64,000 nucleotides of DNA from Gammaproteobacteria bacterium (GCA_036383255.1 DASVOS010000018.1:93432-157431); one strand, 5' to 3'; shown: positions 10,607-19,240, numbered from the stretch's first letter. Translations and numbers: made by a program. The notes: generated by a model from the letters alone, not told the origin.

Positions 10607-11122
10607 ATGAACACCCTCCGTCGCATTCCGGCGCTACTCATCCTCGCTTGCCTCGTCTCCCTGGCGGGCTGTGCCGCCCAGCCGATGCAGGACTCGCGCA
10701 GCATGCAGGCCGCGCAAGAGTCGATCCAGGACACCCACAACGCGTTCCTCAAGGCCTTCAATGCCAAGGACGCCGCGGGCGTGGCCGCGGTCTACACCGA
10801 CGATGCGATCATCATGCCGCCCAACTACCCGGCGGTGAAGACCTCCATCGCGATCCAGACCTTCATGCGCGAGCAGCTGGTGCCGCCCATGACGGGGATG
10901 CTGCTCAACGTCGCTGAGACCCAGGTGACGGGCGATTATGCGTTCAGCTCCGGGTACTACACCCTGCTTGGCGAGAACGGCGCGACCCTGGACCACGGCA
11001 AGTTCCTGCAGGTGCTGAAGCAGCAGGGCCGTGACTGGAAGGTCTACCGCGAGGCCTACAACAGCGATCAGGCCGCCGCCCAGCCGGATGCCACCATGGC
11101 TCCCGCCGCCGCGACGCACTGA
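10607..11122 (+). CDS. NTF2-like (DUF4440/SnoaL-like) lipoprotein
   Basis: 171 aa with a lipobox (LAGC). The single domain resembles DUF4440 proteins (AFNAKDAAGVAAVYTDDAIIMPP). Confidence 0.55.
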   Translation: MNTLRRIPALLILACLVSLAGCAAQPMQDSRSMQAAQESIQDTHNAFLKAFNAKDAAGVAAVYTDDAIIMPPNYPAVKTSIAIQTFMREQLVPPMTGMLLNVAETQVTGDYAFSSGYYTLLGENGATLDHGKFLQVLKQQGRDWKVYREAYNSDQAAAQPDATMAPAAATH

Positions 11123-11144
11123 AGTCGTTAGGCTTTAGATGAAG

Positions 11145-11179
11145 GCCCGGAGCAGAGATGCTCCGGGCTTTTTCTTTTT
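11145..11179 (+). terminator. Intrinsic terminator
   Basis: GCCCGGAGC (11145-11153) pairs with GCTCCGGGC (11160-11168), followed by TTTTTCTTTTT. Confidence 0.8.
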
Positions 11180-11181
11180 GC

Positions 11182-11402
11182 GAAACCGCCTTAAAAGCGT
11201 CGCGAGCGCAGGCGCATCGCATGCGATGCGCGGGTGGGGCAGGAGCCCACCCAGCATTTCGCGAAGCAAGGATGCGAAGCGAATTGGGACGAGGCAACCA
11301 AGCCGCGCTCGCCGCTCTCGCACATCCCTGTGCTCCGCGGCACGTACGCATCCCTGCTACAGACAAAGTCATGCTAAGCGCAGCAGCTTTTAAGGCGGTT
11401 TC
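11182..11402. repeat. 221-bp element bounded by a perfect 17-bp inverted repeat (MITE/REP-like)
   Basis: GAAACCGCCTTAAAAGC (11182-11198) is the exact reverse complement of 11386-11402. The interior holds a perfect 20-bp palindrome GCGCATCGCATGCGATGCGC and a GGTGGG/CCCACC hairpin. The right arm overlaps the argC stop codon. Confidence 0.6.
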
Positions 11403-12459
11403 AGCCGGGATAGCTGCCTGCTTGCATGAGGCCTTCAGTCTCGGGAAAGCCCAATGCCAGGTTCATGTTCTGCAGGGCCTGGCCTGCCATCCCCTTCACC
11501 AGGTTGTCCAGCGCCGTCATCACCGCCACGGTGCCGTTCCTCGCCTGCCAGCCGATGTCGCAGAAATTGCTGCCCGCCACCGCGCCCACCCGCGGCGGTT
11601 CATTCCCCAGCAACCTCACGAAAGGCGCACTGCCGTAGGCGGCCTCCATGCGCTGCGCCACCGCCGCCGCGTCCAGGCCGGCGCGGAACTGCACCGTGGC
11701 GTGGATGCCGCGCACCATGGGCGCCGAATGGGGCACGAAGCCCAGGGCATAATCGCGGCTGCCTTCGGTGTCCAGGAGGCGCGTGATCTCCGCCTCGTGC
11801 TGGTGCGCCAGCGCCTTGTAGGCGCGGAAATCCTGGGCACGGGTGGGATGATGCGTGCCCTCCCCCGGCGAGGTGCCGGAGCCGGAGGAACCCGTGGCGG
11901 CGCTCACGGCGATGAAACCGAGACCCTGCATGCCAGCGAAGGGGAGCAGCGCGAGCTGGATCGCGGTGGCGAAACAGCCCGGGCTCGCGATGCGCTTCTT
12001 GCCCGCCAGCTCCTGCCGCCGCCACTCCGGCAGCCCATAGGTGAAACGCCCAAGGCCTTGGGGATGCGGATGGGGCTTGCCGTAGGCGTGCTGGAACACC
12101 ACCGCGTCGTCCAGGCGGAAGTCGCCCGAGAGGTCGATGAGCGTGAGCCTCTCCTCGAGGCCCGCTGCCCTCCACGCCGATTCGAGCGCCGGCAGTTGCT
12201 GCGCCAGCTCGAAGTGCGGCATGGCGGAGAACACCACCGGGTGTTCCGCCCCGGCCAGGGCACGCCAGTCCGGCTCCGCATCGAAGCCGCCCTGCACCAC
12301 GCCGCGCAGGTTCGGGTGCGCCTTCCAGAACGGCTCCCCCGCATGCTTGCGGGACACGGCGCGCAGCTTGCCCACCTGCGGATGCACGCCCAGCAGCCGC
12401 AGCAGTTCGCCGCCGCCGTAACCCGAACCGCCCAATATGTAGACGGACAGCCGGCTCAT
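11401..12459 (-). CDS. argC: N-acetyl-gamma-glutamyl-phosphate reductase
   Basis: 352 aa with the GGSGYGGGELLRLL NAD-binding N-terminus and the active-site PGCFAT motif. ATGA overlap with the upstream gene. Confidence 0.9.
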   Translation of the reverse strand: MSRLSVYILGGSGYGGGELLRLLGVHPQVGKLRAVSRKHAGEPFWKAHPNLRGVVQGGFDAEPDWRALAGAEHPVVFSAMPHFELAQQLPALESAWRAAGLEERLTLIDLSGDFRLDDAVVFQHAYGKPHPHPQGLGRFTYGLPEWRRQELAGKKRIASPGCFATAIQLALLPFAGMQGLGFIAVSAATGSSGSGTSPGEGTHHPTRAQDFRAYKALAHQHEAEITRLLDTEGSRDYALGFVPHSAPMVRGIHATVQFRAGLDAAAVAQRMEAAYGSAPFVRLLGNEPPRVGAVAGSNFCDIGWQARNGTVAVMTALDNLVKGMAGQALQNMNLALGFPETEGLMQAGSYPG

Positions 12460-13511
12460 TGCCTGCGGATGCCCCGCTTGGCCAGCAACTCCAGCAGATG
12501 TTCGCCGAAGACCTTGGAATGGGTGCGGGCGTTGATGGCGCGCAGGCCCACCTCCCGCTCCACGAAGCGCACGCCCACGTTGTTGTCGGTGGCGGGACCG
12601 GTCACCACGTCGGCGTCGATGCCGTACTCGCTCTTGAGGTGGCGCACGCCGCCTGCCACGCCGACGGGATCGTTGGCGCAGAATACGAAGCCGGCGGTGA
12701 GCGCCTTCAGCTCCGGATCCGCCAGGATCGCCTGCACGCCGTAGTCGCCCATGATGCCGTCGCCGGTCTCGGCCACGATCACGTCAAGGCCGCGCCCGGA
12801 GAGCTGGGCGAACAGCGTGCGCGCCACCTGGTTCGCGCTGTCGTGTCCGGTGCAGACGATGCCGGCATCGGTGAAGTCATAGGTCACCTCGGCGCCGTAG
12901 TCGCGCATGCTCAGGGTGTCGCGCATCAGCGAGACGCCGGTGAGCTTGGCGCCGCCCACCCGGAAGCCCGCCTGGGTGAGCCGGCGCACCAGCGCGCAGG
13001 CGGCGGCGGTCTTGCCAGCGTTCATGCAGGTGCCGGCCACGTAGATGACCTTGCAGTCGAGCGTGCGTCCCTCTTCCTGCAGCGCGCCCATGCGGATGTT
13101 CGCCGCCTGCCCCTCCCGGGACTGGAACTCCGGGTACACCAGCACCTGCCCCAGCACCTCGAACTCGAAGGGCGAGCCCACCTCGGGGTTGTGGGAGACA
13201 CACTCGCCGATGACGCCGCCCAGGTTCAGCACGTGCAGCACCTGGCCGGGCTCGACGCTCTTGGGCAGCACGCCCTCGTAGCCGTGCAGCGCGTTGCGAT
13301 GGCCGAGCGCGCCCACGATCACGTCATCGCCGTGGATCACGTTCATGCGCCCGTGCACGTCCTCGAGCTGGTTGTACCCGGCCTTGTCCCCCAGGATGCG
13401 GCCCGCCACCACCGCTCCATGCTCGGCGCGGATGGACGGGGACAGGGTGAGGCTGCGGTCCAGCTTCAGGTTTCTGGTCACGGAAGCTATCTTGTCCGCA
13501 TTAATTCTCAC
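12456..13511 (-). CDS. Uncharacterised P-loop protein (DTBS/CobQ/DUF1611-like fold suspected) embedded in the arg operon
   Basis: 351 aa. GTG start at 13511, 6 nt after GGAG, overlapping the argG 3' end by 11 nt; its stop overlaps the argC ATG (ATGA). Walker-A-like AGTCMNAGKT and Walker-B-like VIVAETGDG motifs. I do not recognise it as any canonical arginine enzyme. Confidence 0.6.
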   Translation of the reverse strand: MRINADKIASVTRNLKLDRSLTLSPSIRAEHGAVVAGRILGDKAGYNQLEDVHGRMNVIHGDDVIVGALGHRNALHGYEGVLPKSVEPGQVLHVLNLGGVIGECVSHNPEVGSPFEFEVLGQVLVYPEFQSREGQAANIRMGALQEEGRTLDCKVIYVAGTCMNAGKTAAACALVRRLTQAGFRVGGAKLTGVSLMRDTLSMRDYGAEVTYDFTDAGIVCTGHDSANQVARTLFAQLSGRGLDVIVAETGDGIMGDYGVQAILADPELKALTAGFVFCANDPVGVAGGVRHLKSEYGIDADVVTGPATDNNVGVRFVEREVGLRAINARTHSKVFGEHLLELLAKRGIRRQ

Positions 13512-14703
13512 GGGAATCTCCCGCCTGCAGCGCCAGGATCTGCTGCACGCCGTAGAGCTTGGCGAAGCCGGCGGCCTCGGCGCCGGTCCACAGCCGGTTG
13601 GCCTCGCCGTAGCTCGCCACCTTGGCATCCATGAGCGAGTGCGGCGAGCGCACCCCGTCCACCGCGAAGGCCCGCGGGTAGAGGGTGAGCTGCACCTCGC
13701 CGGTGACCTGTTCCTGGCTGGAGGCGAGGAAGGCCTCCAGGTCCCGCGCCAGCGGGTCGAAGAAGTGGCCCTCGTGCAGCAACTGGCCGTAGAGGTTGCC
13801 GAGCGTATCCTTCCAGAAGAGCTGCTTGCCCGTGAGCGTGAGCTTCTCCAGCTCCCGGTGCGTGCCGATGAGGATGTGCGCCGCCGGCGCCTCGAAGCCC
13901 ACCCGGCCCTTGATGCCCAGGATGGTGTCGCCGAGGTGCACGCCGCGGCCGATGCCGTACGTGTGCCCCACCGAATTCAACATGGCGATCAGCGCCACCG
14001 GATCGAGGGGCTCACCGTCCAGCGACACCGGCACACCCTGGATGAAGCCCAGGGTCATGCGCTTGGCCGGCAGGCCCGCCGCATCGATCTCGCCCCCCGG
14101 GAAGGCCGCCTGGGGCAGTACGCTCCAGGAATCCAGGGTCTCGCGCCCGCCGACGGAGGTGCCCCACATGCCCTCGTTCACGGAGTACTGCACGGTCTTG
14201 GCCGGGAACTCGAAGCCGTGCTGCTTGAGGAAATCCATCTCCTGCTGCCGGCTCAGGCCTAAGCTGCGGATGGGCGTGATGAGCTCGAGCTCCGGCGCCA
14301 GGGCGCGGAATGCCACATCGAACCGTATCTGATCGTTGCCGGCGCCGGTGGAGCCGTGAGCCACCGCGTCGGCCTTGAGTTCCTTCGCCACCGCCACCAC
14401 GCTCGCCGCCTGGCAGACCCGCTCCGCCGAGACGCTGAGGGGATAGAGGTTGCCTCGCAGCACGTTGCCGTACACGAGGTAGCGCAGGTAGCGGTCGAAG
14501 AGCTGGCCGCGGGCGTCCAGGGTGCGATGCGCCTTGGCGCCGAGCTTCGGCGAGAGCGCCTCGATACGCTTCAGCTCCGCGGGACTGAAGCCGCCGGTGT
14601 CCACCGTGACAGTGGTGACCTCGTAGCCCTGCTCTTTCAGGTGCACCACGCAGAACGACGTGTCGAGTCCCCCGGAGAACGCCAATACAACATGCTTCTT
14701 CAT
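13501..14703 (-). CDS. argG: Argininosuccinate synthase
   Basis: 400 aa from MKKHVVLAFSGGLDTS (the AFSGGLDTS motif). The track ORF's long N-terminal extension is an out-of-frame overlap with argH. Confidence 0.9.
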   Translation of the reverse strand: MKKHVVLAFSGGLDTSFCVVHLKEQGYEVTTVTVDTGGFSPAELKRIEALSPKLGAKAHRTLDARGQLFDRYLRYLVYGNVLRGNLYPLSVSAERVCQAASVVAVAKELKADAVAHGSTGAGNDQIRFDVAFRALAPELELITPIRSLGLSRQQEMDFLKQHGFEFPAKTVQYSVNEGMWGTSVGGRETLDSWSVLPQAAFPGGEIDAAGLPAKRMTLGFIQGVPVSLDGEPLDPVALIAMLNSVGHTYGIGRGVHLGDTILGIKGRVGFEAPAAHILIGTHRELEKLTLTGKQLFWKDTLGNLYGQLLHEGHFFDPLARDLEAFLASSQEQVTGEVQLTLYPRAFAVDGVRSPHSLMDAKVASYGEANRLWTGAEAAGFAKLYGVQQILALQAGDSREN

Positions 14704-16055
14704 CAGTTGCCCTCCCACAGCTGCTTGTCGGCGGCGGCGAGCCGCGCGCGCACTTGTCCGAGCCAGCCTTCGGCGCCGGCGACGTCCGCCTCGATGAGCT
14801 CCAGCCCCAGGTTGCCGGCGCCGCCCAGGTGACTGGCAGTGAGCGCATCGCGGTCCGGTTTGAAACGCCCGGCTTCGAGTTCCCGCGCCACCTGGCGGTA
14901 GGCGTCGCGGAACGGCATGCCCCGCTCCGCCAGCACATAGGCCTGGTGCGCAGCGTAGATGTCGTCGCTGCATGCGGAAGCAGCCCGGCTGGCATCCACT
15001 TCCAGCGTCGGCACCAGCGCGAGGAGCACGTCCAGCCAGCCCGCCATGGCATCCACCGCATCGAACAACGGCCTCTTCAGGAGCTGCAGGTCCCGGTGGT
15101 AGTTGGACGGCAGGCCGCTCGCAAGCTCCTGCAGCATCGCCGCGTAGCCGCGCAGTTCGCGGCAGCGGCCACGAGCCAGCTCCACCACGTCCGGGTTGCG
15201 CTTCTGGGGCATGATCGAGGAGCCGGTGGTGAAGGCGTCCGGCAGCTTCAGGAAGCCGAACTCCGGCATGGAGTACAGCGACACGTCCCACAGGAACTTC
15301 TCCATCACCAGGCCGATGGAAGCATAGGCGTTGAGCAGCGCCAGCTCGTGGCGGCCGCGGGAGTTCATCACGTCCACCGGCGAGACCTGCACCCCGGTGA
15401 AGCCCAGCAACTCCGCCGTGCGCTCCCGCCGGATGGGCAGCGGCACGCCGAAACCGGCAGCAGCGCCCAAAGGACATCTATCCAGCCGCGCGTAAAGCGC
15501 CTGCAGCGCCTGAAGTTCCTCCGCGAGGCCGGCGGCGAAGGCCGCACCCCAGAGCCCGAAGCTGGAGGGCATGGCCCGGCGCAGATGCGTGTAACCCGGC
15601 ATGGCCTGCTGTGCATGGGCATGGGCGAACGTGCAGAACGCCCGCGCCAGCATGGCGGTGCGCTCCACCGCATCCAGCAGCGACTCGCGCATGTAGAGGC
15701 GCAGCGCCAGGATCACCTGGTCGTTGCGGGAACGGCCGAGATGGATGCGCTTGCCGGCATCGCCCAGCTCCGCCGTGAGCAGCGCCTCGATGGCGGTGTG
15801 GGCGTCCTCCTGCTCACGGCTTATCTTGACCTGTCCCTGGCGCGCCTTGCGGGCGATGCCCGCGAGCGCCGCGACGAGGGCGCGCGCGTCCTGCTCCGGC
15901 AGCAGGCCGGCTTCGGCGAGCATGCGCGCGTGGGCGGCGCTGCCTTGGGCGTCGTGCGCCAGGAGCCGCGCGTCCAGCTCGGGATCGTCTCCCACCGTGA
16001 ACCCATGCACCGCCTGGTCCAGCGGCAGGCCCTTGGCCCAGAGCTGCGCGCTCAC
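14703..16055 (-). CDS. argH: Argininosuccinate lyase
   Basis: 450 aa from the GTG at 16055 (GTGA overlap with the argB stop). Motifs GRSRNDQV and GSSIMPQKRNPD (fumarate lyase signature). Confidence 0.9.
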   Translation of the reverse strand: MSAQLWAKGLPLDQAVHGFTVGDDPELDARLLAHDAQGSAAHARMLAEAGLLPEQDARALVAALAGIARKARQGQVKISREQEDAHTAIEALLTAELGDAGKRIHLGRSRNDQVILALRLYMRESLLDAVERTAMLARAFCTFAHAHAQQAMPGYTHLRRAMPSSFGLWGAAFAAGLAEELQALQALYARLDRCPLGAAAGFGVPLPIRRERTAELLGFTGVQVSPVDVMNSRGRHELALLNAYASIGLVMEKFLWDVSLYSMPEFGFLKLPDAFTTGSSIMPQKRNPDVVELARGRCRELRGYAAMLQELASGLPSNYHRDLQLLKRPLFDAVDAMAGWLDVLLALVPTLEVDASRAASACSDDIYAAHQAYVLAERGMPFRDAYRQVARELEAGRFKPDRDALTASHLGGAGNLGLELIEADVAGAEGWLGQVRARLAAADKQLWEGN

Positions 16056-16972
16056 GCCGCCTGGTCCTTGGCCTTGGCTTCCCGTGCCACCAGCATGGTG
16101 CCGCTGCCCTGGTTGGTGAATACCTCCGTGAGCACCGCGTCCGGCAGCATGCCGCTCACGAGATGCACGCTGGCGACGCCCGCGTCCAGGGCGCGGCGCG
16201 CCGCCGCGAGCTTGGGCCGCATGCCGCCGGAGATCTTGCCGGAATGCTCCATCCCTTCGATGCCCCCCAGGGTCGCGTAGGGCACCAGGCTGGACGGACG
16301 GCCGAGGTCTTCCATCAACCCCGGCACCTTGAGCAGGAAGAACAGCTTCTCTGCGTTGAGCGCGGCCGCGATCTCCGCCGCCACGGTGTCGGCGTTGGTG
16401 TTGAACACCTCGCCCTTGTCGTTGGCCGAGAGCGGCGTCACCACCGGCACGTACTCGCCTGCCAGGAGGTGCTGCAGGAGCGCCGGGTTCACCTTGTCGA
16501 TGTCTCCCACCAGGCCGAAGTCCACGAACTGGGCCTGGCCCGCGTCGTCCTTCATCTGCACCGGCTGGCGCTTGTGGGCCGAGAGCAGCCCGCCGTCCAC
16601 GCCGCTGATGCCGGTGACCGGCAGTCCCGCGGCCCGGAGATCCACCAGGAGGTCCGTGTGCAGGCTGCCCGCCAGCACCATCTTGGCGGCATCCAGCACC
16701 TTGGCGGTGGTGACGCGCCGGCCGGCCACCTTCTGCACCGGCAGCTGCAGGCTCTCGCACAGGGCGTCGATACCGGTGCCGCCGCCGTGCACCAGCACCA
16801 GCTTGATGGAGAAGCTCCACAGCACCGCGAGCTGTTCGCAGACCGCGCGGCGCACCGCCGGGTCCTCCAGCACCTCGCCACCGAGCTTGAACACGAAGGT
16901 CTTGCCGCGGAACGCGCGCACGTACTGGGCTGCGGAACGCAGCGTGGCGTAACTGTCGGGGGCTACGGACAT
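16052..16972 (-). CDS. argB: Acetylglutamate kinase
   Basis: 306 aa with FVFKLGG, VLVHGGG and NTNADT motifs. There is no appended acetyltransferase domain. Confidence 0.9.
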   Translation of the reverse strand: MSVAPDSYATLRSAAQYVRAFRGKTFVFKLGGEVLEDPAVRRAVCEQLAVLWSFSIKLVLVHGGGTGIDALCESLQLPVQKVAGRRVTTAKVLDAAKMVLAGSLHTDLLVDLRAAGLPVTGISGVDGGLLSAHKRQPVQMKDDAGQAQFVDFGLVGDIDKVNPALLQHLLAGEYVPVVTPLSANDKGEVFNTNADTVAAEIAAALNAEKLFFLLKVPGLMEDLGRPSSLVPYATLGGIEGMEHSGKISGGMRPKLAAARRALDAGVASVHLVSGMLPDAVLTEVFTNQGSGTMLVAREAKAKDQAA

Positions 16973-16973
16973 G

Positions 16974-17978
16974 TCAGTCCTCCTTATTGAGCAGCCGGTG
17001 CAGGAGCACCCGCTGCACGTGGAAACGGTTCTCGGCCTCGTCGATCACGCGGCTGGCGGTGCCGTCCAGCACCGCGTCCGCCACCTCCACGTTGCGCCTG
17101 ACCGGCAGGCAGTGGAGGAAGATGGGATCGTGGGCCGCGGCCAGCACCTTCAGGTCCACCAGCCAATCCCGGTGCGCGGCGATGCGCGCCGGCGCATCGG
17201 CGGCGGGCACCGTGAGCGTGTTCGGTCCCCAGGCCTTTGCGTAGACCGCGCGGCTGCCCTCGAGGGCGGCGCGCCGGTCATGGGTGACGGTGACGGAACC
17301 GCCGCTCGCGCGGGCGTAGGCCCGCGCCTCCTCCACCACGCCGGGATGCAGGTCGAAGCCCTCCGGGTGCGTCACGCGCACCTCGCAGCCGGCGGCGGCG
17401 GCCGAGAGCAGGAAGGAATGAGGCACCGCCTTGGGCAGGGGCTTGATGTGGGGCGCCCAGGTCAGCGTCACCGGGAGGCCCTGGGTCGCACCGAAGTTCT
17501 CGCGCAGGGTGAGCATGTCCGCGAGGCCCTGGCAGGGATGCTCGCGGGCCGATTCCATGCTGATGACCGGCACGCCGGCCAGCGCGCGGAACGCGTTCAG
17601 CACCGGGTCGGCGGCGTCCGCGTCGTCATCCGTGAGCGCGCCGAAGGTGCGCACCGCCAGCGCGTCGGCGTAGCGGCCCAGCACCGGGATCGCTTCCTTT
17701 ATATGCTCAGGCCGGTCGCCGTCCATGACCGCGCCGTCCCGGTCCTCCAGCTTCCAGACGCCGTTGCCCACGTCCAGCACCACGGCGCTGCCGCCGCCGC
17801 GCAGCATGGCCGCCTCGAAGGAGGCGCGGGTGCGCAGCGAGGGATTGAAGAACACCATGCCCAGCAGCTTGCCCGCGAGGTGCGCGCCGGGGGCCTGCCG
17901 CTTCCAGCGCAGCGCCTCCTCCAGCACCGAAGCCACGCCGGCGACGCCCAGGTCCGCGATGTGGGTGAAATGCTTCAT
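16974..17978 (-). CDS. argF': N-acetylornithine carbamoyltransferase-type transcarbamylase
   Basis: 334 aa. FFNPSLRTRASFE, VMDGDRPEHI, HPCQ, LTWAPHIKPL, HCLPVRRNV and DEAENRFHVQ match my recollection of Xanthomonas AOTCase rather than classical OTCase. WKLE places Glu at the position tied to acetyl specificity. Confidence 0.75.
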   Translation of the reverse strand: MKHFTHIADLGVAGVASVLEEALRWKRQAPGAHLAGKLLGMVFFNPSLRTRASFEAAMLRGGGSAVVLDVGNGVWKLEDRDGAVMDGDRPEHIKEAIPVLGRYADALAVRTFGALTDDDADAADPVLNAFRALAGVPVISMESAREHPCQGLADMLTLRENFGATQGLPVTLTWAPHIKPLPKAVPHSFLLSAAAAGCEVRVTHPEGFDLHPGVVEEARAYARASGGSVTVTHDRRAALEGSRAVYAKAWGPNTLTVPAADAPARIAAHRDWLVDLKVLAAAHDPIFLHCLPVRRNVEVADAVLDGTASRVIDEAENRFHVQRVLLHRLLNKED

Positions 17979-19141
17979 GGATGGAAACCGCGTACCGCCG
18001 CGAGCAGCGCGTCCACCGCCGCGTCGCTCACGTTGAGGGGCGGCATCAGGCGCAGCACCTCCGGGTCCGAGGAACCGCCCACCAGGATGCGCTGCGCCTG
18101 CAGCGCCTTCTTCAGGGCCGCGGCCTGCGCGCCGGCCTTGAGGCCCAGCAGCAGGCCCTCGCCCCGCACTTCCGTCACCATGCTGCCGGCTAGTCCGGTC
18201 CGGATGCGCGTGGCCTGGCGCGCGGCGTTCTGCATGAGGCCTTCGTCGCGGATCACCTCCAGCGTCGCCAGCAGCGCGGCGCAGGCGAGCGGCCCGCCGC
18301 CGAAAGTGCTGCCCAGGTCGCCGGGCTTGAGGGCACGCGCGATCTCCGCGGTCATGAGCAGCGCGCCCATGGGCACGCCCGAGGCGATGCCCTTGGCGAG
18401 GGTCATGAAGTCCGGCTCCCCACCATAGAGGTCCGCAGCGAACGGCGTACCCAGGCGGCCCATCCCCGTCTGCACTTCATCGAAGATGAGCAGCGCGCCC
18501 TGGCGGCGGCACTTCTGGGCGAGCGCCGCGAACCAGGCGCGGGTGGCGGTGCCGACGCCCGCCATGGATTGGATAGGCTCGACTATCACTGCTGCCGATC
18601 CAGAGAGATCCGCGGCGTCCAGTGCTTCGAGGTCGCCGAAGGGCAGGAAGTCCACCGGCGCCAGCAACGGCCCCAATCCCTGCTTCAATGAGGCCGAGTC
18701 CGTGACCGAGAGCGCCAGCAGGCTGCGGCCATGGAAGGCGCCCGTGAACGCCGTGTAGCGGCCGCGGCCCGTGAGCTGGGCGGCGAGCTTGAGCGCGGTC
18801 TCATTGGCCTCGGCGCCGGAGTTGCAGAAGAACACCGAGGCGATGTGCGCCGGCGCGAAGGCCACCAGCGCCCCGGCCGCCGCATCCCGCACCGGCAGGC
18901 GCGCCGCCGCGGAATAGAAGATGAGCTGGCGTGCCTGCTCCGCCACGGCGGCAGCCACCCTAGGGTGGCTATGGCCGGTGGCGGCCACGCAATGGCCACC
19001 GTAGAAATCGAGATAGGCACGGCCCGCTTCGTCCTGCACCGCCTCGCCCGCACCGGAAACCAGTGCGAAGGGATAGGGAACGTAGGTAGGGAACAGCGCC
19101 GGGACCTGCGTGTTTTGCGGGGAATCCTTGAAAATATGCAT
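17975..19141 (-). CDS. argD: Acetylornithine aminotransferase (class III aminotransferase)
   Basis: 388 aa with NSGAEANE, DEVQTG and TLAKG (PLP lysine). First gene of the arg operon; ATGA overlap with argF'. Confidence 0.85.
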   Translation of the reverse strand: MHIFKDSPQNTQVPALFPTYVPYPFALVSGAGEAVQDEAGRAYLDFYGGHCVAATGHSHPRVAAAVAEQARQLIFYSAAARLPVRDAAAGALVAFAPAHIASVFFCNSGAEANETALKLAAQLTGRGRYTAFTGAFHGRSLLALSVTDSASLKQGLGPLLAPVDFLPFGDLEALDAADLSGSAAVIVEPIQSMAGVGTATRAWFAALAQKCRRQGALLIFDEVQTGMGRLGTPFAADLYGGEPDFMTLAKGIASGVPMGALLMTAEIARALKPGDLGSTFGGGPLACAALLATLEVIRDEGLMQNAARQATRIRTGLAGSMVTEVRGEGLLLGLKAGAQAAALKKALQAQRILVGGSSDPEVLRLMPPLNVSDAAVDALLAAVRGFHP

Positions 19142-19145
19142 TATT

Positions 19146-19225
19146 GTGTGAATAAAAATGATTTAAATGGAATATAATTCGTTTATATACACACAAATTC
19201 TGCTTAATGCAATACTATATGCATA
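19146..19225. promoter_or_regulatory. Candidate ArgR operator / divergent promoter region
   Basis: The only strongly AT-rich stretch in the window. TGTGAATAAAAATGATTT (19146-19163) and ATGGAATATAATTCGTTT (19167-19184) are 18-mers 3 bp apart that partly match the ARG box TnTGAATwwwwATTCAnw. ATGCAATACTATATGCAT (19207-19224) is a third imperfect palindrome. Confidence 0.45.
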
Positions 19226-19240
19226 GATATTTACGAGCCT

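Noticed and set aside
13501-16820. Very long versions of argG (658 aa) and argH (705 aa) in the ORF track
   Set aside because: The N-terminal extensions overlap the upstream genes out of frame and are low-complexity. Conserved N-termini (MKKHVVLAFSGGLDTS; VSAQLWAKG...) and coupled start/stop junctions give the shorter models. The same reasoning trimmed sucD (36422-38125) and sucC (37396-38793).
19142-19240. Sharp AT-rich patch considered as a horizontally acquired fragment
   Set aside because: It is only ~100 bp and lies exactly between the divergent argR and argD starts. It contains ARG-box-like palindromes, so a promoter/operator region explains it better.
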